Shown here one piece after another: positions 48,650 through 57,052 of a stretch of 64,000 nt of DNA. The stretch is from NCBI GenBank assembly GCA_934747885.1, contig CAKVHE010000001.1:5424-69423 (forward strand), in the 5' to 3' direction. How positions within the stretch are numbered: the stretch's first letter is position 1; each line of letters begins with the position of its first letter. The translations under genes were made by a program, and so were the position numbers. The stretch is from an uncultured Clostridia bacterium. GTDB lineage: Bacteria > Bacillota > Clostridia > Christensenellales > UBA1242. Below the pieces are notes generated by a model. It did no database searches, was not told the DNA's origin, and worked only from the letters and a program-made list of their open reading frames with translations.

Positions 48650-49222
48650 CTAATTTTGAGAGTGCTTGCTTTGCCATTCGGCAAAGGTTGGCAAATTTTT
48701 ATCCTTGTCGCTAAGTATCAAATTTTGCACCCCGCCAATTTGAGAAAAATCCCAGTCTACGCCCAAAGTAGCGTCGTTATAGCAGATGCCCGTATCGTCC
48801 GCGCCATAAAATTTTTCGTTGCATTTGTATGAAACTATACTGTCTTCTAATACCAAATATCCATGCGCAAAGCCCTCAGGCACCAAAAGTTCGGTCATAT
48901 TTTCTGCCGAAAGCACAAAGCCTTGCCACTGTTTAAAGGTAGGCGAATTTGGACGCAGATCCACCAAAACGTCGTACACCTTGCCCGACACACAACGCAC
49001 CAACTTGGCTTGCTGATGCGGTTCTTGAAAATGCAAGCCCCTTAAAACGCCTCTGCGTGAAAGAGTGTAAAAAACCTCTTTTAGTTCAAAATTTATACCA
49101 TTTTGCTCAAAGAGTTCCGTTTGGTAATCTTTTAAAAACCCGCCACGGTTATCTTCCGCAAAAAACGGCGCAATTTTGTATGCGCCTTTTAATTTTAGTT
49201 CCTCAAACTGCCAAGTTTTCAT
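48650..49222 (-). CDS. rfbC: NDP-4-keto-6-deoxyhexose 3,5-epimerase (RfbC/RmlC cupin family)
   Basis: Start taken at MKTWQFEEL (49222). Motifs D.RG.F, RGLH.Q....Q.KLV.C..G...DV.VD.R..SPT and Y......D. Confidence 0.85.
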   Translation of the reverse strand: MKTWQFEELKLKGAYKIAPFFAEDNRGGFLKDYQTELFEQNGINFELKEVFYTLSRRGVLRGLHFQEPHQQAKLVRCVSGKVYDVLVDLRPNSPTFKQWQGFVLSAENMTELLVPEGFAHGYLVLEDSIVSYKCNEKFYGADDTGICYNDATLGVDWDFSQIGGVQNLILSDKDKNLPTFAEWQSKHSQN

Positions 49223-49232
49223 AGTGTTCTCC

Positions 49233-50111
49233 TTAAATAATTTTGTCAAGTCCGCTCGCAAAATCCACCAGCGCATACTCGCCAATTTCGCTTTTTAGCG
49301 TGGATATATCAAACATCTTTTTGCTGTATTTTATTCCGTCACTAGCGCGCGCCCCAATTTTTATCAGTTCCGGTTTGCCCATTTTTTTGCCAACTTGTTG
49401 CATAAAGGTTTTTAGTTCTTTTGGCTTGCCGGAACCAACATAATATTCCGTTTTGGTCAGCGTTTTTGCTTTTGCTACTAACGCAATCGCGCGCACGACA
49501 TCGCCAATATACACAAAATCATACCACTGATCGCAAGGACCAAGCTCGGCGAACTCACCCGCCTTTAATTTGTCCACCACAAAAGACAGCAAATTGCCGG
49601 TTTGGTTGTTTTCGCCATAAATATTGCCAAGCGTTAGCCAAACAAAGTTTAGCCCCATACTCTTTGCAAGCACGGTTACAAAATTTTTGGCAGCATTTTT
49701 TGCCGCCGCATAAAGCATTCCTTTGGATAGGGTTTGCGCAGTATCAAAACTTTTGATGGCGTTTTCTGCCACCGTTCCGGCAAAAATAAGGCGCGAAGCC
49801 GACAATTTTGCCCCAAACTCGCAAACTTTGCACGCCAAAGCGACGTTTGCTAGTTGCACTTGCTCGTCTGCCTTTTTGGCGCCGTTTACGCCTTCCCACG
49901 CTAGGTGAATAATGCAAGCACCTTTGTAGCCATCTAAACTACTTGCAAGGGCGTTTATGTCTTGGTAGTCAGTGACTATGCGCTTTACCTTTGGCAAAAA
50001 GGTCTTTTTGTTTGTGCGAGTTAACGCCACAACATCTTGCCCTTCTTTTGCCAAAAAATCTACTAAATTGGTGCCAATAAAGCCGTCAGCACCTGTTATT
50101 ACAAACTTCAT
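49233..50111 (-). CDS. NAD-dependent sugar epimerase/reductase (SDR, extended family)
   Basis: Start taken at MKFVITGADGFIGTNL (50111). YAAAK catalytic YxxxK. Confidence 0.8.
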   Translation of the reverse strand: MKFVITGADGFIGTNLVDFLAKEGQDVVALTRTNKKTFLPKVKRIVTDYQDINALASSLDGYKGACIIHLAWEGVNGAKKADEQVQLANVALACKVCEFGAKLSASRLIFAGTVAENAIKSFDTAQTLSKGMLYAAAKNAAKNFVTVLAKSMGLNFVWLTLGNIYGENNQTGNLLSFVVDKLKAGEFAELGPCDQWYDFVYIGDVVRAIALVAKAKTLTKTEYYVGSGKPKELKTFMQQVGKKMGKPELIKIGARASDGIKYSKKMFDISTLKSEIGEYALVDFASGLDKII

Positions 50112-50121
50112 AATCTTTCCT

Positions 50122-51186
50122 TTATTTGTCACCAAAATATAATTTTATTTGTCTTTCCATTTCGGCAGGCACTTGTTTTTTATCCGCCAGCATTATGCGC
50201 GTAAATTCTGCCGTCTGCGCTAAGGTTTGGGAGATATCCCATTTGCCGGTAAAGCCAAAAGTATTTTTAATTTTGTTTGGGCTAATGGTGAGTTTGCCCA
50301 TTTCTTTGCCAGCCTGCACCTTGCAAGTTTGAATTTGCACGCCCGCGCCAAACTTTTTAAAGTTATCATTTAGCGCCTGCACCAGTTCGATGGTGGAAAC
50401 CAAATTTTGCTCACTTGGACCCACATTATACTCGCCCGCAAAGTTAATATTTTTATACTGCTTTTCCGCCACCAAAAGATAAGCCGAAAGAGCATCAAAG
50501 ACGCTTTCCCATGGACGTACCGAATTTGGAGTTCTAACCAGCAAAGGTGCGTTACTCATTAGCGCTCGCACCATATCCGGCACCAAGCGATAGGCGCCAA
50601 AGTCGCCACCGCCAATACAATTGCCCGCACGCATGGCGGATACCGCCACGCCGAGGTCACTCAAAAACGAGCGCTTGTAACACGACACAATTAGTTCAGC
50701 GCACGACTTGGAGTTGGAGTATGGGTCGTAGCCATTCAAGCGGTCGTTCTCCACAAATGGACGGTCTTCGGTGAGTTCGGCATATACCTTGTCGGTAGTG
50801 ACAATCAGTAGCGAGCGCACCCCGCCCACTGAGCGCACACATTCTAGCAAGTTTACGGTGCCCATTGTGTTAATTTCATAGGTTTCGCGCGGGGCCTTAT
50901 ACGAATTTAAAACTATTGCCTGCGCGCACAAATGAAAAACAATTTCCGGCTTGTATTTTTCAAAGGTTTCATGCAATTTTGCATAGTCACGGATATCGCC
51001 AATTACGGACGTAATTTGCCCAGCAAGGCCGGACATATCAAACAAATTTGGCTCGGTTGGCGGCGTGAGTGCATAACCAACCACTTTTGCGCCACTTTGC
51101 GCCAAGATTTTGGCCAGCCAAGCCCCCTTAAACCCTGTATGACCGGTGATTAGTACCGTTTTGCCATTATAAAAAGATAAATCCAT
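50122..51186 (-). CDS. rfbG: CDP-glucose 4,6-dehydratase
   Basis: GKTVLITGHTGFKG.WL start, YDPYS.SK and overall RfbG-like length (354 aa). Confidence 0.85.
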   Translation of the reverse strand: MDLSFYNGKTVLITGHTGFKGAWLAKILAQSGAKVVGYALTPPTEPNLFDMSGLAGQITSVIGDIRDYAKLHETFEKYKPEIVFHLCAQAIVLNSYKAPRETYEINTMGTVNLLECVRSVGGVRSLLIVTTDKVYAELTEDRPFVENDRLNGYDPYSNSKSCAELIVSCYKRSFLSDLGVAVSAMRAGNCIGGGDFGAYRLVPDMVRALMSNAPLLVRTPNSVRPWESVFDALSAYLLVAEKQYKNINFAGEYNVGPSEQNLVSTIELVQALNDNFKKFGAGVQIQTCKVQAGKEMGKLTISPNKIKNTFGFTGKWDISQTLAQTAEFTRIMLADKKQVPAEMERQIKLYFGDK

Positions 51187-51205
51187 TTTGCCCTCATTTT
51201 TTTAA

Positions 51206-51235
51206 ATTATACCGCACTATCACCCAACGTGTCAA
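51206..51235 (-). promoter_or_regulatory. rfbG promoter
   Basis: Minus sense TTGACA-18 nt-TATAAT, then GAGGG and ATG. Confidence 0.65.
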
Positions 51236-51445
51236 GCGCACCGAGCGGGCGAACCTTTCCCCAAAAACCTACTTTTTGCCTTCATCTGGCGATTGCGTGG
51301 CCTTGTCCTATGCAAGCGCGCCCGTTCCATACCTTCTAAAAATTTCAAAGGCAACATAGTATAATATTATTTTGTAGACTTTTTACGTTCGTTTATTGAA
51401 TTTATTACATTTCCCCCCAATTTTGTTCTGTCCAGTATAGGCAAG

Positions 51446-51584
51446 TTTACTCTTATTTTCTCTTTCTTATTTTTTATTTTAAAAATAGCCAAACTTAAAA
51501 TTTAAAGAAGAAAGAAAAACGAAGAACGAAGAAATAAAAGTACAAAAAAACCAAACCTTACGGTTTGGCTATTTTTGTTTGGTG
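51446..51584 (-). repeat. tRNA-Leu trailer block, copy B (homolog of 36004-36142)
   Basis: Minus-sense sequence after tRNA-Leu(UAA) aligns with copy A. The distal arm GTTTGGCTATTTTT (plus strand 51481-51494) is the exact complement of the terminator 5' arm. Confidence 0.8.
51544..51576 (-). terminator. intrinsic terminator after tRNA-Leu(UAA)
   Basis: Minus sense AAAAAUAGCCAAAC-cguaag-GUUUGGUUUUUUU. Confidence 0.75.
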
Positions 51585-51665
51585 CCGATGGCCGGACTTG
51601 AACCGGCACGAAGTTTCCCCCGAGGGATTTTAAGTCCCTTGCGTCTGCCATTCCGCCACATCGGC
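51580..51665 (-). tRNA. tRNA-Leu (anticodon UAA), CCA encoded
   Basis: Minus sense GCCGATG...AGGGA-CTTAAAA-TCCCT...long variable arm...GGTTCAAGTCC...CATCGGCACCA. Confidence 0.92.
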
Positions 51666-51669
51666 ATTT

Positions 51670-51743
51670 TGGAGGCACCACCCAGAATCGAACTGGGGAT
51701 GAAGGTTTTGCAGACCTCTGCCTTACCGCTTGGCTATGGTGCC
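51670..51743 (-). tRNA. tRNA-Cys (anticodon GCA), CCA encoded
   Basis: Minus sense GGCACCATAGCCAAGCGGTAAGGC...CTGCAAA...GTTCGATTC...GGTGCCTCCA. Confidence 0.92.
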
Positions 51744-51769
51744 AAAATACTCACGAATGAACAAAAAAT

Positions 51770-51798
51770 ATCTTACCATAAATTTTGCCCAATGTCAA
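51770..51798 (-). promoter_or_regulatory. promoter of the tRNA-Cys/tRNA-Leu(UAA) pair
   Basis: Minus sense TTGACA-17 nt-TAAGAT. Confidence 0.65.
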
Positions 51799-51901
51799 CA
51801 AAATTATGTATCTTTGCCACAACAAATATCCCAACTTGACTTAGGGCGCTTTGCACTAAAACTGCAAAAACGAAAATTTTTGAAAAATTATCTAAAAACG
51901 C

Positions 51902-51930
51902 TTGATTTTTTAGTAAATGTTTGATACAAT
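51902..51930 (+). promoter_or_regulatory. tRNA-Gly promoter
   Basis: TTGATT-17 nt-TACAAT, 22 nt upstream of the tRNA. Confidence 0.6.
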
Positions 51931-51952
51931 ACTACCTGTTTGAATAACCTAT

Positions 51953-52027
51953 GCGGGAGTGGCTCAGTGGTAGAGCGTTGCCTTGCCAAGGCAAATGTCG
52001 CGAGTTCGAATCTCGTCTTCCGCTCCA
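51953..52027 (+). tRNA. tRNA-Gly (anticodon GCC), CCA encoded
   Basis: GCGGGAGTGGCTCAGTGGTAGAGC...TTGCC-TTGCCAA-GGCAA...GTTCGAATC...CTTCCGCTCCA. Confidence 0.93.
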
Positions 52028-52029
52028 TA

Positions 52030-52058
52030 ATGGCTACCAATTGCGGTAGTCATTTTTT
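52030..52058 (+). terminator. intrinsic terminator after tRNA-Gly
   Basis: ATGGCTACC-aattgc-GGTAGTCAT followed by TTTTT. Confidence 0.7.
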
Positions 52059-52151
52059 ATTTGTTTGTTATTTTTTACGCCTTGACTAGCATTCGCACGC
52101 AAAAACTGCCGTCAAGTCTGTCACTCGCGCCAAGAAATTTTGATTTGGGTA

Positions 52152-52180
52152 TTGAAAATTGTTAATTGTTATGTTATACT
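52152..52180 (+). promoter_or_regulatory. promoter of the sORF/small transcript
   Basis: TTGAAA-17 nt-TATACT. Confidence 0.6.
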
Positions 52181-52216
52181 ACAACCAGAAAAGCAAAAAG
52201 TTTGGGGGACACAAAT

Positions 52217-52321
52217 TTGACGCATCAAGTTTTCAAGTTTGTAAATATTTGCTTTATGAGCGCATTTGATAGGCTACCACTATGCCTATCGCAAAACAAT
52301 TTGTTTAAAAGTTGCAGGTAA
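52217..52321 (+). CDS. candidate 34-aa small protein (MTHQVFKFVNICFMSAFDRLPLCLSQNNLFKSCR), TTG start
   Basis: GGGGGA lies 7 nt upstream of TTG. Bounded by the promoter at 52152 and the terminator at 52307. Not in the supplied ORF track (too short). Confidence 0.3.
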   Translation: MTHQVFKFVNICFMSAFDRLPLCLSQNNLFKSCR

Positions 52322-52342
52322 ATTTTGCCCGCAACTTTTTTT
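52307..52342 (+). terminator. intrinsic terminator overlapping the sORF stop
   Basis: AAAAGTTGCAGG-taaattttg-CCCGCAAC followed by TTTTTTT (one A.C mismatch). Confidence 0.65.
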
Positions 52343-52357
52343 AACTATTGATTTTGT

Positions 52358-52387
52358 TTGCGTTTTGCGCCACCGCAGTGGTATAAT
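52358..52387 (+). promoter_or_regulatory. extended -10 promoter of the 74-aa gene
   Basis: TTGCGT-18 nt-TGGTATAAT. Confidence 0.55.
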
Positions 52388-52417
52388 TGTTATAGAAAAT
52401 TAAAGAGGTTTTATTTT

Positions 52418-52642
52418 ATGTTTTACACCGCACAAATCAACAGAATTAACAACACACTAAAAGAAATTGAACAATGGATGAATGGTTTTTGGGCACGAGA
52501 TGTTGCCGGCACCAAAACCCCAGACGATGACAAAAAGTTTGCTGCCCTTCGTATTAAAGTTGATGAACTAATTACCGAACGCAAAGCCCTCACTCAAAGG
52601 CAACTCGACTATGCGCGTGGACTTAGCGAAGAAAATGAATAA
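52418..52642 (+). CDS. hypothetical small helical protein (74 aa)
   Basis: Start taken at ATG 52418 behind AAAGAGG. The upstream ORF part covers the promoter. Confidence 0.5.
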   Translation: MFYTAQINRINNTLKEIEQWMNGFWARDVAGTKTPDDDKKFAALRIKVDELITERKALTQRQLDYARGLSEENE

Positions 52643-52657
52643 CTAATTGTTAGTTTA

Positions 52658-52692
52658 AGTGCACTTGCCCTACGGCAAGTGCACTATTTTTG
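52658..52692. terminator. terminator between the convergent 74-aa gene and the GT2 gene
   Basis: AGTGCACTTGCC-ctac-GGCAAGTGCACT followed by ATTTTTG. Confidence 0.8.
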
Positions 52693-52742
52693 TTTAGCCA
52701 TTTTGACCATCTTTGATTTTGTTTTGCATTTTAAACGCGGTA

Positions 52743-53867
52743 TTATCTAAACTCGCCAAAAACGAGTTCCCCATTTTTTACTGCCAGCACCAAGCCCATG
52801 GCATCGATGTTTTTAAAATATGGAAAAAATTGCTGTTCTAATTCACTCTCGCCGCAAAACAAGTTGTTAATTTTTTGCATATCATTAAGCTTCATTAAAG
52901 CGCTTATATCTTCCGCCACAGCGTCTTCGGTTTTGCCATTCTCTAATTCTGCCATAATTTGATAGGCAAAGGTTTTGTAAATTCGGCGGCAAAGCATATA
53001 GGCAAGGCGACTTGTACACTTTGGGCTATCTAGCACCACAGATAGTTCGCTGAGCGCTTTTAGGTAGTCGGTTACTGCCGTTTGACGCCCCGACATAGTT
53101 ATGCTTCCCAAGCGCCTTATATAGATATAGCCCGCATAGGGTAACACAAGAACCTTATTTAAGTTAATAATATTTTTAAGGTTAAATTCATAATCTTCGG
53201 CAGTGATCAGTTTTTCATTAAACATACTTGTTAATTTTGATCTTTTAAACATTTTGCCTAAAACACCAAAACAATTTGATTTTTTTAATAACGCAATTAT
53301 GCCGTCCGCACTAGTAGTTAATATTAGTTCTTTTTCGGCGGGAGCGCATATTACAGTTTCGCCATTTAAGCCTATATTTTTAACCCCCGAAAAAACGGCA
53401 TCGGTGTAATTATCCGTTAGAGCGCGTGCAAGCGTGCCAATATAATCTAGCGATAATTGGTCGTCGCCGTCCACAAAGGTAACATATTCACCGGTTGCCT
53501 GCCTTAAACCATAATTTCGCGCCGACGACACCCCGCCGTTTGTTTTGCTTAAAACAATTATACGCTTGTCCGTTTGCGCTAATTGGTTTATTCTTTCTAG
53601 CGTTTGGTCAGTGCTTCCATCATCTATGCAGATGATTTGCAGGTTTTTGTACGTTTGATTAACTATTGATTGAATGGTTTGCTGTACCACCTCTTGCTGA
53701 TTGTAGCAAGGCACAATAACACTAACCAGTGGGGTTTCTGCCACAAAAATATCTTTTAGTAAATCTATTTTGTTGGCGCGACGCTCGTCGTTTAGTTCTT
53801 TTTGCCTTTCTGGTGTGGTAATAATTAGTTCACCTGTGGTATTATCTAAAATTAGTTTGTAATCCAT
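52743..53867 (-). CDS. family 2 glycosyltransferase
   Basis: VSVIVPCYNQ......I.S...QTY.NL.II.IDDGSTD and the DGDD motif. Confidence 0.88.
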   Translation of the reverse strand: MDYKLILDNTTGELIITTPERQKELNDERRANKIDLLKDIFVAETPLVSVIVPCYNQQEVVQQTIQSIVNQTYKNLQIICIDDGSTDQTLERINQLAQTDKRIIVLSKTNGGVSSARNYGLRQATGEYVTFVDGDDQLSLDYIGTLARALTDNYTDAVFSGVKNIGLNGETVICAPAEKELILTTSADGIIALLKKSNCFGVLGKMFKRSKLTSMFNEKLITAEDYEFNLKNIINLNKVLVLPYAGYIYIRRLGSITMSGRQTAVTDYLKALSELSVVLDSPKCTSRLAYMLCRRIYKTFAYQIMAELENGKTEDAVAEDISALMKLNDMQKINNLFCGESELEQQFFPYFKNIDAMGLVLAVKNGELVFGEFR

Positions 53868-53977
53868 ATTTCATCCTTTTATTTATTTTAACACAATATT
53901 GCGCACGCTTGCAAATTCTTTAAGCATTTCACGCAAAATAAAAAGCCACTTATAAAAAGTGACTTTTGGTTTTTTGT

Positions 53978-54430
53978 TTATGCTTCGCTTTCTTCCGGCT
54001 TTCCCATTAAGGTTGTAAGCGCTGGAATTTCGTTAAATTTGATTTTGTCTTTGGTTTTGAAAAATCTTCCCATCACAACTCTATAACCGTTGCTCTTGTA
54101 AAATTTACGCACGCCATCATCGTTTGGGTCATTTACGCAGTAACCGGTTACTGATGCAACGTTTTGGTTTTTGCAAACGGCTTCGGCATAGCCAAGCAAG
54201 AGCGAGCCTACTCCATTTCGACGGTAAGCCTGCTTTACCGATAAGTTGGACACTACCACTTTGTTGGTTTTTGGCTCTACAAAAAATAGTGCGGTGCCAA
54301 TGCGTTCAAGTTGGTCAGCCTTGTTATAAGTGTACGCCTCAATGTAAAATTGGTCGCGCTCGTCCGTAAAATCTATATCCAAAATACATTTGATGCCTTT
54401 TGATGAATATTGTTCGATATTTGAGTTCAT
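53978..54430 (-). CDS. GNAT-family N-acetyltransferase
   Basis: V...YRRNGVGS.LL..AE acetyl-CoA-binding motif; 150 aa. Confidence 0.8.
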   Translation of the reverse strand: MNSNIEQYSSKGIKCILDIDFTDERDQFYIEAYTYNKADQLERIGTALFFVEPKTNKVVVSNLSVKQAYRRNGVGSLLLGYAEAVCKNQNVASVTGYCVNDPNDDGVRKFYKSNGYRVVMGRFFKTKDKIKFNEIPALTTLMGKPEESEA

Positions 54431-54515
54431 TTATGTTCCCCTTTGCTTTTATAAATTTATTATAACATACATTAAAAAATTTTCAATAGTTAGGTGAAAA
54501 CATTTTTTGGTTTTT

Positions 54516-55271
54516 TTAGTCGTTTACCACCTGCATAATTGGTTTTGGCAATCGTCTATATGCGTTGCCGTAAAAAATGTCAGCAATTTGATCATAGTTT
54601 AACCCAACCAATTTTAGTTCGCTTTCTATTTTTTGCAAACGTTTGGCTGCCTTTTTGCCATGCATATCGTAGGTGGCAAGCATCAAATTTTTTGAGCCAA
54701 ATTTTTTTACAAACTTTGCCACTGACTCAGCAAGCTCCTCCGGCGTAAAGCCATCACAAGTGGTATCTAGCACAATATTGGCGTCACTATCCACCAAAAT
54801 CTGTTCTTGATAAGGCCGCAAGCAATCTAGCCTACCCAGTCCCGACAACTTTGCCTTGGTTACAAAAGTGCGCGTGGTGGCAATTTGCATAATCTCCAAA
54901 AAGGCACGCTCGGATAAGTCTTTTAAATCTATGCCAATTTTGTTTGCGCACAAAATTTTTACCGCAAGTTTGCCAAATTCACTCAAACCGTCCATAGTTT
55001 TGTTGTCGCCCGCTAAGTGATTGCTTTTTTCTGCCACCAAGGCACAATAAAGCGGACGCGCATTTGCAAGAGTTAATAACATACTTTTACTCAAAAAATT
55101 TAGGTCGTTTATGCAATAGTTTGCCCCCGAATAAAACAACGCAGAAATTTGTTCAAGTTCAGTTTCTGCCTTTTCAGTTTCACTGCTTAATGAAAAACTA
55201 TACACCGCATCAATGGTCGGGTCTACACTTTTTGCGCTATTTACCTTTTTGTTAACATCAAAAAAAGCCAT
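54516..55271 (-). CDS. truncated, active-site-degenerate homolog of M19 membrane dipeptidases
   Basis: GLSEFGKLAVKILCANKIGIDLKDLSERAF..IMQIA and the C-terminal GLNYDQIADIFYGNAYRRL follow the M19 pattern. Metal-ligand positions are replaced (DLSH to DLKD, SHSN to TKAK). Confidence 0.5.
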   Translation of the reverse strand: MAFFDVNKKVNSAKSVDPTIDAVYSFSLSSETEKAETELEQISALFYSGANYCINDLNFLSKSMLLTLANARPLYCALVAEKSNHLAGDNKTMDGLSEFGKLAVKILCANKIGIDLKDLSERAFLEIMQIATTRTFVTKAKLSGLGRLDCLRPYQEQILVDSDANIVLDTTCDGFTPEELAESVAKFVKKFGSKNLMLATYDMHGKKAAKRLQKIESELKLVGLNYDQIADIFYGNAYRRLPKPIMQVVND

Positions 55272-55315
55272 ACTAAATTGTATGGCAATTTTTTGTTTTT
55301 TATTCAGTTTGACTG

Positions 55316-56872
55316 TTATGTTGCGTAGTCAACGCTGCGAGTTTCACGAATGATGCTAACTTTTATTTGACCTGGATATTCCATCTCGCTTTCTATCTTG
55401 CGAGCAATTTCCTTTGCCAAAATTACAATGCCGTCATCGTTTACTTCTTCTGGTTTTACCGCAACACGAATTTCTCTACCTGCTTGAATAGCATAACAAT
55501 TTGCAACACCCTTAAACTCTTTGGCAATGCTTTCGAGTTTTTCAAGTCTTTTAATATAAGTTTCAAGCGATTCGCGCCTTGCGCCCGGTCTTGACGAACT
55601 AATGGCGTCGGCAATTTGAACTATCATGGCCTCAATTGATTTGTACTCAACGTCACCGTGATGAGCCTCAATGCAGTGTACAACCGCTTCCGGTTCTTTG
55701 TATTTGCGAGCAAGTTCTACCCCAATTTGAACATGGGTGCCCTCTACTTCAAAGTCCATGGCTTTGCCAATATCATGCAACAAGCCACCGCGTTTTGCCA
55801 CCTTTTCGTCCGCGCCGAGTTCGCCGGCAATTAGGCCAGCAATATACGACGTTTCTAGGCTATGTTTTAATACGTTTTGACCGTAACTAGTACGATATTT
55901 TAGTCTACCTAAGATTTTTGTAAGTTCTGGATTGATGCCAAAGATGCCAGCATCAAAGGCAGCATTTTCACCGGCCTCTTTGATAACGTTTTCAAGGTCT
56001 TTTTTAACCTTTTCTACCACTTCTTCAATCCTACCTGGGTGAATTCTGCCATCACTAATTAGTTTTTCAATGGTTTGACGCGCTACTTCACGCCTGATTG
56101 GGTCAAAGCAACTAATGATAACGGCCTCTGGCGTGTCGTCAACAATTAAGTCTACACCGGTGGCGTTTTCTATGGCTTTGATGTTACGACCTTCACGGCC
56201 AATAATTCTGCCTTTCATTTCGTCGTTTGGCAAGGTGATTGCCGAAACCGTAACCTCGGCAGTGTGGTCGGTTGCGCAACGTTGAATGGCTTGCACCACA
56301 ATTTCTTTTGCCTCGGTATCGGCTTTTGCGCGGGCTTCTTCTTCTAGTTTTTTAACCAAAGTGCCAGCCTCGCGTCTTGCATCTTCTTCGATGCTTTTTA
56401 CTACCTCAGCTTTGGCTTCTGCCTGAGATAGTTTTGCAATGCGTTCAAGCTCGGCAATTGCTTTTTGTTCTGTTTGTTCAAGTTGTTTTTCTTTGCTTTC
56501 GAGCGCTTGCATTTTTCGGTCTAATTGTTCGCGCTGGTCGTCTATATATGATGCTTTGCGATCCAAAGATTCTTCTTTTTTGTCTAGGGTTTCTTCTTTT
56601 TGACGCAAGCGGTTTTCAAATCTTGTAAGCTCCGCTCTTTGTTCTTTTAGTTCGTCTTCGGCTTGCGTTTTCATTTTTAAAAGCTGTTCTTTTGATTCAA
56701 TCTCAAATTCTTTACGCAAAACTTTGACTTCTGCGCGGGCTTCGTCGAGCAATTTGGTTGAATTTTCTTTGGCTTGTTTGTACTGCTTTTTACTAACAAA
56801 ATGGTAGTAACAAAATAAGCCGGCAGATGCCAAAAATAAAACGCTACCGATAATAATTAAAGCTATTCCCAT
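55316..56872 (-). CDS. rny: ribonuclease Y
   Basis: N-terminal TM, coiled coil, KH domain ([11 protein letters not shown]), HD domain (LLHDIGKA). Confidence 0.97.
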   Translation of the reverse strand: MGIALIIIGSVLFLASAGLFCYYHFVSKKQYKQAKENSTKLLDEARAEVKVLRKEFEIESKEQLLKMKTQAEDELKEQRAELTRFENRLRQKEETLDKKEESLDRKASYIDDQREQLDRKMQALESKEKQLEQTEQKAIAELERIAKLSQAEAKAEVVKSIEEDARREAGTLVKKLEEEARAKADTEAKEIVVQAIQRCATDHTAEVTVSAITLPNDEMKGRIIGREGRNIKAIENATGVDLIVDDTPEAVIISCFDPIRREVARQTIEKLISDGRIHPGRIEEVVEKVKKDLENVIKEAGENAAFDAGIFGINPELTKILGRLKYRTSYGQNVLKHSLETSYIAGLIAGELGADEKVAKRGGLLHDIGKAMDFEVEGTHVQIGVELARKYKEPEAVVHCIEAHHGDVEYKSIEAMIVQIADAISSSRPGARRESLETYIKRLEKLESIAKEFKGVANCYAIQAGREIRVAVKPEEVNDDGIVILAKEIARKIESEMEYPGQIKVSIIRETRSVDYAT

Positions 56873-56953
56873 TTTTACCTCCTTTTTATTTTTGCCTTGT
56901 TGGCGTTAAAATTTTTTAGTTTGTTGAACAAAAAAAATTTGTCCCACAAAATT

Positions 56954-56983
56954 ATTTTAACACCTTAAAAACCACGTTGTCAA
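56954..56983 (-). promoter_or_regulatory. rny promoter
   Basis: Minus sense TTGACA-18 nt-TAAAAT. Confidence 0.55.
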
Positions 56984-56989
56984 GGAAAA

Positions 56990-57036
56990 ACGCAAAAAAC
57001 AAAAATCTCACAAAAGGCTTGCCTTTGCGAGATTTC
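56990..57036 (-). terminator. intrinsic terminator after recA
   Basis: Minus sense AAAUCUCGCAAAGGC-aa-GCCUUUUGUGAGAUUU followed by UUGUUUUUU. Confidence 0.8.
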
Positions 57037-57052
57037 TTAAAATTTAAAACAA

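Noticed and set aside
51227-51352. 41-codon Arg-rich minus-strand ORF (MLPLKFLEGMERARLHRTRPRNRQMKAKSRFLGKGSPARCA)
   Set aside because: It has no SD, its ATG sits directly after a TATACT-like hexamer, and it overlaps the rfbG promoter. Composition alone is not evidence of coding.
36004-51584. Genomic island or prophage bounded by tRNA genes
   Set aside because: The content is core translation and tRNA-synthetase genes. There is no integrase, transposase or phage gene, and the repeats are inverted rather than the direct tRNA-3'-end repeats left by integrases.
51579-51839. 86-aa plus-strand ORF
   Set aside because: It is antisense to tRNA-Leu(UAA) and tRNA-Cys and their promoter, so it is an artefact of the tRNA sequences.
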